From assembly GCA_963528875.1 (NCBI GenBank), contig CAURWT010000001.1, positions 120,001 to 152,000 on the forward strand: a DNA stretch of 32,000 nucleotides. Direction: 5' to 3'. Below are positions 26,599-32,000 of the stretch, in pieces. Each line of letters begins with the position of its first letter. Position 1 is the stretch's first letter. Below the pieces are notes generated by a model. The model ran no database searches. It was not told the DNA's origin and worked only from the letters and a program-made list of their open reading frames with translations. The position numbers and the translations under genes are program-made. Source of the DNA: an uncultured Candidatus Saccharimonas sp. GTDB lineage: Bacteria > Patescibacteriota > Saccharimonadia > Saccharimonadales > Saccharimonadaceae.

Positions 26599-27724
26599 TA
26601 AATCCTTTCCTGATTTCTCTTTCGAAATTTTTCTTAAAATTATATTTCGAAAAACTTTTAGCACTTTCTGAAACTTTTTTAGCATCAAAATTTAATTTTT
26701 CGAATTTTTTAATGGCATTTAAAATTGACTCAGCTGATTGCTCATCAAAAAATACACCATTTTTACCCTCTTGAATATAATCTTGCGAACCACCTTTATT
26801 GAATGCTAAAATTGGCGTTCCCGTAGCGAGAGCTTCGATTGGCGCAATTCCAAAAGGTTCCAAACTAGGAAAAATAAAACCTTTTGCTTCGCCAACAATT
26901 TTTGAAAGCTCTTTTGGGCTATTAACTCTTTGAATAAACTCAATATTTTGTGAGTTTTTTGCAAGGTTTTTCAACTTTTGATGCTCGGCTCCGCCACCAA
27001 CCAAAATCAACCTTTTACCATTTTTAGCAAAAGCTTTAACTGCTAAATCAAGTTTTTTCCAATTAACTTGGCGAGAAGTTGTAATGTAGTAATTTTTCTT
27101 TTTATCTTGAAACTTAAATTCTCTAATTTCTACTGGTGGAAAAACCACGGTTGACTCTCTTTTATAATACTTCGAAATCTCGTTTTTAGAATAGTTTGAA
27201 TTTGCGATCAAAAAATCTGGTTTTTGAGCAAGTTTAAAATCGTTTTTTCGAAGTGGATTAACCAATAATTTAAATAAAAATCGCACCAAAAAATTCAACC
27301 TACCAAACCCAGGATTTTCAATATAATCGTTATACATTCCCCAATAATATTGGATTGGAGGGCCTTGTAAATAACTAATATGGAGCTGGTTATTCGAAAG
27401 GTTTAATCCTTTGCTTTCAGCGCAACAAATTGAAATAACAACATCAAAATCTTTTAGTTTTTTGCCTAAATTTCGAAAATATAGAATTCGCCCAACTGGT
27501 AATGTTTTACGCAATTTTGCCGGGAAAATATTCAACCAACCAACCCGAACATCTTTTTTCGAAAACCAATCAACTTCTTTTTCTGAGTACTGTGAAGTAA
27601 AAATTGGCGCTTCGGGGAAAATCTCTGAAACCGTAGCAACAACCTTTTCAGCACCACCATAAGTGGTGAGCCAGTCTGTTACAATCGCAACTTTCTTGCC
27701 ATTTAGCCATTTTGGGTTTTGCAT
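26585..27724 (-). CDS. Glycosyltransferase family 4 (GT-B, retaining)
   Basis: 379 aa. GFIFPSLEPFGIAPIEALATGTPILAF (E-x7-E region). SD GAGGAG. The ATG shares one base with the upstream TAA (TAATG). Confidence 0.9.
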   Translation of the reverse strand: MQNPKWLNGKKVAIVTDWLTTYGGAEKVVATVSEIFPEAPIFTSQYSEKEVDWFSKKDVRVGWLNIFPAKLRKTLPVGRILYFRNLGKKLKDFDVVISICCAESKGLNLSNNQLHISYLQGPPIQYYWGMYNDYIENPGFGRLNFLVRFLFKLLVNPLRKNDFKLAQKPDFLIANSNYSKNEISKYYKRESTVVFPPVEIREFKFQDKKKNYYITTSRQVNWKKLDLAVKAFAKNGKRLILVGGGAEHQKLKNLAKNSQNIEFIQRVNSPKELSKIVGEAKGFIFPSLEPFGIAPIEALATGTPILAFNKGGSQDYIQEGKNGVFFDEQSAESILNAIKKFEKLNFDAKKVSESAKSFSKYNFKKNFEREIRKGFNEKI

Positions 27725-29151
27725 TATTTTGCTCCTCTTCGAAAAATTACACTTGCAACAGTTTTAAATAAAATTTGAATATCAAAAATAATTGACCAGT
27801 TTTGAACATAATAAACATCCAGCCTACGACGTTCTTCGAAAGAAATATCACGACGACCTGAAACCTGGGCCAATCCAGTGACGCCAGCTTTTACCGCCAA
27901 AATAATATTTTTTCTATTTGATTTGTTAATCTCTTGTGGAATTAAAGCCCGAGGACCAACAAGTGAAATATCGCCACGAACAACATTAAAAAGCTGCGGT
28001 AGTTCATCAATAGAGGTAGCGCGAATAAATTTTCCAATTTTTGTAATTCTTGGGTCATTATCAAGCTGATCGCCATTTTTGCGATATTCTTTTGCAAGCT
28101 CAGGTTTTCCTATTTTTTCGAAAGCCTGCTCTGGCGTTAAGCCGTCAAATTCAGCCTTTTGTGAGCGAAATTTATAGATATAAAACTCCCGATTGAAGCG
28201 TGTTAGACGAACTTGCCTAAAGAAAATTGAATCTTTAGGATTGGTAATCTTCATAATGATCGCCACAATTAACATTATCGGTGAAACTAAAATTAAACCA
28301 AAGATTGCTAAAGTTAGATCCATTAAACGCTTCCATATTCGACCCATTCCAAACAATTTTGTAATTTTTACATCAATAATTGGGGTTCCGCCAATAACTT
28401 CGATTGTATTAATCTGCGAAAGAAGCCTATCTTGTTGTGGAACAAACATATACTCAAGGTGATTTTCGATCGCATAGTTATAAATATCTTCACTCCTAAG
28501 CGTATCGGTTTGAATTAAAATATCAGGATTTGTTTTTAAAGCTGCATCTTTAAAACTCGCAAAATGGCGAACAGCCGATTTTGTTGGCAAAAATTGACTT
28601 TTCGAAACCATTCCAATCACATCATAACCAAAATCAATATTGTCATGAAAAAATTGAGCTAATTCTGTTGAACGAGAGTTCGAACCAATAATTAAAACTT
28701 TTTGGCGACCAAAACCACTTCGAATCAAAGCGCGGCGAATAAAACGCACTATTTCACGACCAAGAATCATCATTAAGAAATTAATTGGAACAAAAAAAAC
28801 TGCAATTATTCGAACTGGAAAAACTTCATCACCAGTGAAAAATTCATAAGAAATCATCGCCATGATACTAATTATCGAAACAACTAAAGCTCTACCATAC
28901 TCTTTTGGTCGATAAAAAAATACCGAACGGTCATAAAGGCCAAAGAAATAATTAATAGCCAGCCAAAGTGGCAAGAGAGAAACCGCCAAAAATACAAAAT
29001 TCCAGATATTTGGTGCAAAATAATACGCACGCGAATCAAGATGAGTTCGTGCAAAATAAGCAAACATAAACGAACTAACAACTGCTAAGGTATCAGACAA
29101 TACTAAATTGACTTTAAATATGGTTATTTTATCTTTTTTCATTACGGCCAT
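27724..29151 (-). CDS. Polyprenyl-phosphate hexose-1-phosphate transferase (WbaP/CpsE-like priming sugar transferase)
   Basis: 475 aa. N-terminal TMs, central Rossmann-like linker, Bac_transf blocks RLMDLTLAIFGLILVSPIML, KFRSQ, DPRITKIGKFIRATSIDELPQLFNVVRGDISLVGPR. SD GGAGGTG. Confidence 0.92.
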   Translation of the reverse strand: MAVMKKDKITIFKVNLVLSDTLAVVSSFMFAYFARTHLDSRAYYFAPNIWNFVFLAVSLLPLWLAINYFFGLYDRSVFFYRPKEYGRALVVSIISIMAMISYEFFTGDEVFPVRIIAVFFVPINFLMMILGREIVRFIRRALIRSGFGRQKVLIIGSNSRSTELAQFFHDNIDFGYDVIGMVSKSQFLPTKSAVRHFASFKDAALKTNPDILIQTDTLRSEDIYNYAIENHLEYMFVPQQDRLLSQINTIEVIGGTPIIDVKITKLFGMGRIWKRLMDLTLAIFGLILVSPIMLIVAIIMKITNPKDSIFFRQVRLTRFNREFYIYKFRSQKAEFDGLTPEQAFEKIGKPELAKEYRKNGDQLDNDPRITKIGKFIRATSIDELPQLFNVVRGDISLVGPRALIPQEINKSNRKNIILAVKAGVTGLAQVSGRRDISFEERRRLDVYYVQNWSIIFDIQILFKTVASVIFRRGAK

Positions 29152-30670
29152 TATACACCTCCAATATAAAATTTAAACCAAACGCAGCGCCTACTATAAA
29201 AATAGGTAAATATATAAAAATATATCTTGCCCTACTTTCAAATAAAACCTGATATGCAACTACTAAAAGAGTGAAAAATAGTAAAACTAAATGATAGTGT
29301 TTAAACTTATTAGCTGATTTAAAGATAAAAATTGTAAATAAAGTAAGAATAGCTCCCCATACAATAGAAATAAAAACACTAAATAGCCGAAATTTATCAC
29401 CGTTCCAAGATAGAAAACGCCTAAATTTATGCACTATATTACCTTCAGCTAAAAACTGTATGAAATTATTTCTATTAGAACCCTCTCCCCACACTCCGAA
29501 TGTTCCGTCGTTAAAGAAATTCGAAATCTTTAAAATAGCAAATTTGAGCCATCCAAAAGGAAAATTATTCGTCAAACTATCAATAAATATATTTAAACTT
29601 ACTTTCTCACGCTCTCTTGCGCCTTTAGTAGCAGTATCATCAGCATATCTTGGGCAATATGATCCAGTATTACATTCATTATAAGGTGGAAGTCCTCGCA
29701 TAGATCCCATACCTAAATAATGCAAAAATCCAGTTCTTTTTTCGCGTATTTGACTACTGGAATATTTTGCAAAACCGTTAGAAGATACAATTAAAGTATT
29801 CAATACGAAAAAGGAAGAAACCGCTCCAAATATAAATAAACCAAAATATTTTGCGATTATTTTAACATTTCGACATCTATTTATAAAAAATAACGAAGAT
29901 AGAAATATTGATATCATCAATATTAAAGTAGTAGGCTTTATAGCATACCCTAAGTAAGCAAAAATTCCTAATAATATAGTTAAGATCTTTAGTATGTAGC
30001 CATTGCCTTTTTTTGCATATAATTCAATAAGTAAAAGAATAAATAATTGAGAAGCAACAAAAAACAGACCGACAGTATCCGTATAAAATACCGTAGAATA
30101 TGGAGAAAAGTTTATTATAGCAATAATAAATGTTGATATAATAGAAAATACATATTTATTAAATTTAACATAGATAATAGCCATTATAAACAATGAAGAA
30201 AGAAGAATTAATATATTATTTATAAAAATTAGAAGTATATCTTTATCAATACCCACAAAATTAGCTATACGATATATTATTACTACAAAATAAGTTATAG
30301 TTATATTATTATCATATCTCAATAAATAATTATATTCCCAAGCCTTATCGTCTGGATCAGTGTTACCAGTTTTTATATAATTATTAGCTATGGTTTGTAT
30401 AGCACCAGCATCCCAAGAGTGTTGTGTTGAGGCAGTAGAAAAGCCAGTTATCATTTGAGAGATTAAAGCAATAAAAATAAAGAATACAAGCAGAGTTTTC
30501 TTACTAAATTTTTTAGATAATAAAAAAACCGCCACAACAAATAAAATCAATAATATTGTTACAACTAATACTTTATAAGAATCATATATACTGAATATAT
30601 TTTTCGAAAGACCAAATATGCCAAATATTAAGCTGATAAGAGAAAATAATCTTAATGCCTTAATTACCAT
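29129..30670 (-). CDS. Large polytopic membrane protein, tentatively a GT-C-fold (ArnT/PMT-like) glycosyltransferase
   Basis: About 13 hydrophobic helices with a ~110-aa hydrophilic loop near the C-terminal third. The function is tentative; the CDS itself is solid. I prefer ATG 30670 (MVIKALRLF...) because the track's GTG 30688 lies upstream of an extended -10 element. Confidence 0.6.
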   Translation of the reverse strand: MVIKALRLFSLISLIFGIFGLSKNIFSIYDSYKVLVVTILLILFVVAVFLLSKKFSKKTLLVFFIFIALISQMITGFSTASTQHSWDAGAIQTIANNYIKTGNTDPDDKAWEYNYLLRYDNNITITYFVVIIYRIANFVGIDKDILLIFINNILILLSSLFIMAIIYVKFNKYVFSIISTFIIAIINFSPYSTVFYTDTVGLFFVASQLFILLLIELYAKKGNGYILKILTILLGIFAYLGYAIKPTTLILMISIFLSSLFFINRCRNVKIIAKYFGLFIFGAVSSFFVLNTLIVSSNGFAKYSSSQIREKRTGFLHYLGMGSMRGLPPYNECNTGSYCPRYADDTATKGAREREKVSLNIFIDSLTNNFPFGWLKFAILKISNFFNDGTFGVWGEGSNRNNFIQFLAEGNIVHKFRRFLSWNGDKFRLFSVFISIVWGAILTLFTIFIFKSANKFKHYHLVLLFFTLLVVAYQVLFESRARYIFIYLPIFIVGAAFGLNFILEVYNGRNEKR

Positions 30671-30676
30671 GTCATC

Positions 30677-30685
30677 ATTATAACA
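30677..30685 (-). promoter_or_regulatory. Extended -10 element TGTTATAAT, 6 nt upstream of ATG 30670
   Basis: Minus strand TGTTATAAT GATGAC ATG. No SD. Confidence 0.5.
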
Positions 30686-30720
30686 CACGCTAATCCAATA
30701 TTCAATTTCAACACACTGTA

Positions 30721-30729
30721 TGCTATAAT
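30721..30729 (+). promoter_or_regulatory. Extended -10 element TGCTATAAT, 7 nt upstream of ATG 30737
   Basis: Plus strand TGCTATAAT GGTATAT ATG. No SD. An in-frame ATG at 30728 lies inside the -10. Confidence 0.5.
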
Positions 30730-30736
30730 GGTATAT

Positions 30737-32000
30737 ATGAAAAGTATAGAAGAGACTAAATTATCTATAGTAGTAACAGCCCATAACGAAGGATTGTATC
30801 TATATAAAACAATATTATCCATAGAAAAATCTATAGAACTGTTACCCGAAATAAGCTATGAAATAATTATAAGTCTAGATAATCCAGATGATGAAACTAT
30901 AAGAGTTGCTAAATTTTTGAGTAAGAAAAAACAAATCAGAATATTCGAATCATCTTTCGGAAACCCTGCAGATAATAGAAATTTTGCAATTTCGAAAGCA
31001 AAAGGATCAATATGTGCGCTTATAGATGGCGATGATCTAGTGTCTAAGAATTGGTTCAAGAATGGATTAGAAAAATTAAAAGAAAACGAAAATTCAATTA
31101 TTAGGCCTCAAATACATGCAATGTTTGGTACACGCATGAATTCTCTATCAATATGGCAAATGCGAAATTCTACAGAAAAAAATATAGACTCTATACAGAT
31201 GTCATATTGGAATCCATGGACATTAACTTTAATAGCTAAAACAGAGTTATTAAAAGATACGCCATTCAAACCCCAAAAAGGAGGTTTTGGATTCGAGGAT
31301 TATCTATTTAACTGTGATATTATTTCTAAAAATATACCCATACTTATTGCGCCTGAAACTACTTTCTTCTATCGCCAGCGACCTAACGTCTCGGTATCAA
31401 CCCAACACAAAAATACAATCCTAGACTATTCAGATCTGTTCGATATAGAATATATTAAGTCAGTCGAAATGCCAACACCTCAAAAAAAGACAAGCTCTAG
31501 GATTAATATTAAAAAATATTATCGAGCACTATACGATATTGCAAAAAAATCAGAGAATATAAGAAGGGCTATGTCGCCAGTAGCATCAAGAATCCTGAGC
31601 AAAAAAAATATGAAAAAGCTCCCTACCTTCTTTATTGAAGATTGGCGAGAAATTAATGCTATAGAAAATCAACTCTACCCCACGAAAGAAAAAATATCAC
31701 AAGTAGAATTTCATCCACTAACTTTTAACCCATTAGACAATGAGTATGGAATCGTATATAAAAAGCTATGCGAACAGATATCTGGAAATAATATAGATTA
31801 TTTGTTCTTAGCACCTGCTATGAGCGGAAGGGGCGGAACAGAAAAGTTAATTTCTAACTATATCAGAGCTTTAAAAGAGATTCACCCTAAATGGAATATA
31901 GGAATATTATCGACACAGCCTTTTAATAAGCCAACTATCGATTTTTTCAGTAATTTAGGCGTAGATCTAATAGATTTCGGAAGATTAACTAAAAAAATGG
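30737..32000 (+). CDS. Two-domain glycosyltransferase: N-terminal GT2 (GT-A) domain plus the start of a C-terminal GT-B-like domain; 3' end runs off the window
   Basis: Absent from the ORF track. Hand translation is open from ATG 30737 to 32000 (421 codons, checked triplet by triplet). The N-terminus has LSIVVTAHNEG and ALIDGDD (DxD). From about residue 350, IDYLFLAPAMSGRGGTEKLISNY resembles the N-terminal glycine-rich loop of GT4-type enzymes. Confidence 0.85.
   Translation, partial: MKSIEETKLSIVVTAHNEGLYLYKTILSIEKSIELLPEISYEIIISLDNPDDETIRVAKFLSKKKQIRIFESSFGNPADNRNFAISKAKGSICALIDGDDLVSKNWFKNGLEKLKENENSIIRPQIHAMFGTRMNSLSIWQMRNSTEKNIDSIQMSYWNPWTLTLIAKTELLKDTPFKPQKGGFGFEDYLFNCDIISKNIPILIAPETTFFYRQRPNVSVSTQHKNTILDYSDLFDIEYIKSVEMPTPQKKTSSRINIKKYYRALYDIAKKSENIRRAMSPVASRILSKKNMKKLPTFFIEDWREINAIENQLYPTKEKISQVEFHPLTFNPLDNEYGIVYKKLCEQISGNNIDYLFLAPAMSGRGGTEKLISNYIRALKEIHPKWNIGILSTQPFNKPTIDFFSNLGVDLIDFGRLTKKM

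Noticed and set aside
1-32000. CRISPR arrays, IS elements, prophage genes, toxin-antitoxin pairs, restriction-modification or other defence genes
   Set aside because: Reading both strands, I found no direct-repeat/spacer periodicity, no transposase, integrase or recombinase motifs, and no nuclease- or helicase-type ORFs other than uvrA.

Overview
AT-rich (about one-third G+C by eye), very gene-dense 32-kb chromosomal segment. 26 of 29 protein-coding calls and the single tRNA are on the minus strand, and many neighbouring genes overlap by 1-23 nt.

Minus strand, high to low coordinates:
- a wall-glycopolymer operon: GT-C-like membrane protein, polyprenyl-phosphate sugar-phosphate transferase, GT4, O-antigen-ligase/Wzy-like protein, LCP ligase, and a protein with only the LexA DNA-binding domain
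- an MscS channel
- an arginine deiminase cluster: arcA, arcB, an ArcD/YfcC-type transporter, then a small membrane protein and a TylF-like methyltransferase; no carbamate kinase in the window
- an orphan small-ORF transcription unit
- a CNNM/CBS membrane protein, aspS, two small membrane proteins, trmB, uvrA, galE
- a padR / PspC-domain sensor / MacB-type ABC module
- tRNA-Asn(GTT), an RclA-like flavoprotein disulfide reductase, and a class I aldolase with a long N-terminal extension

Plus strand: a DsbA-like oxidoreductase, a 108-aa Cys-rich orphan divergent from arcA, and a two-domain glycosyltransferase.

Two long CDSs touching the window edges (1-1593 minus, 30737-32000 plus) are missing from the supplied ORF track. 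I translated both by hand. I saw no rRNA, CRISPR, transposase, integrase, phage or recognisable defence genes, so I do not claim a new multi-gene system. UGA acts as a stop (trmB). The gene content suggests a reduced-genome, monoderm-type bacterium, possibly Patescibacteria/Saccharibacteria-like; this is inference only.

The most unusual signals are at sequence level:
1. About nine-fold excess of the palindrome TTCGAA, in all codon phases and in spacers.
2. Extended -10 promoters 6-7 nt from SD-less ATGs, suggesting leaderless mRNAs.
3. A strongly promoted orphan mini-gene with two overlapping small ORFs.
4. A domain fusion on the aldolase.
5. A codon-usage break at about 29150.

All counts are hand counts and need recomputation.
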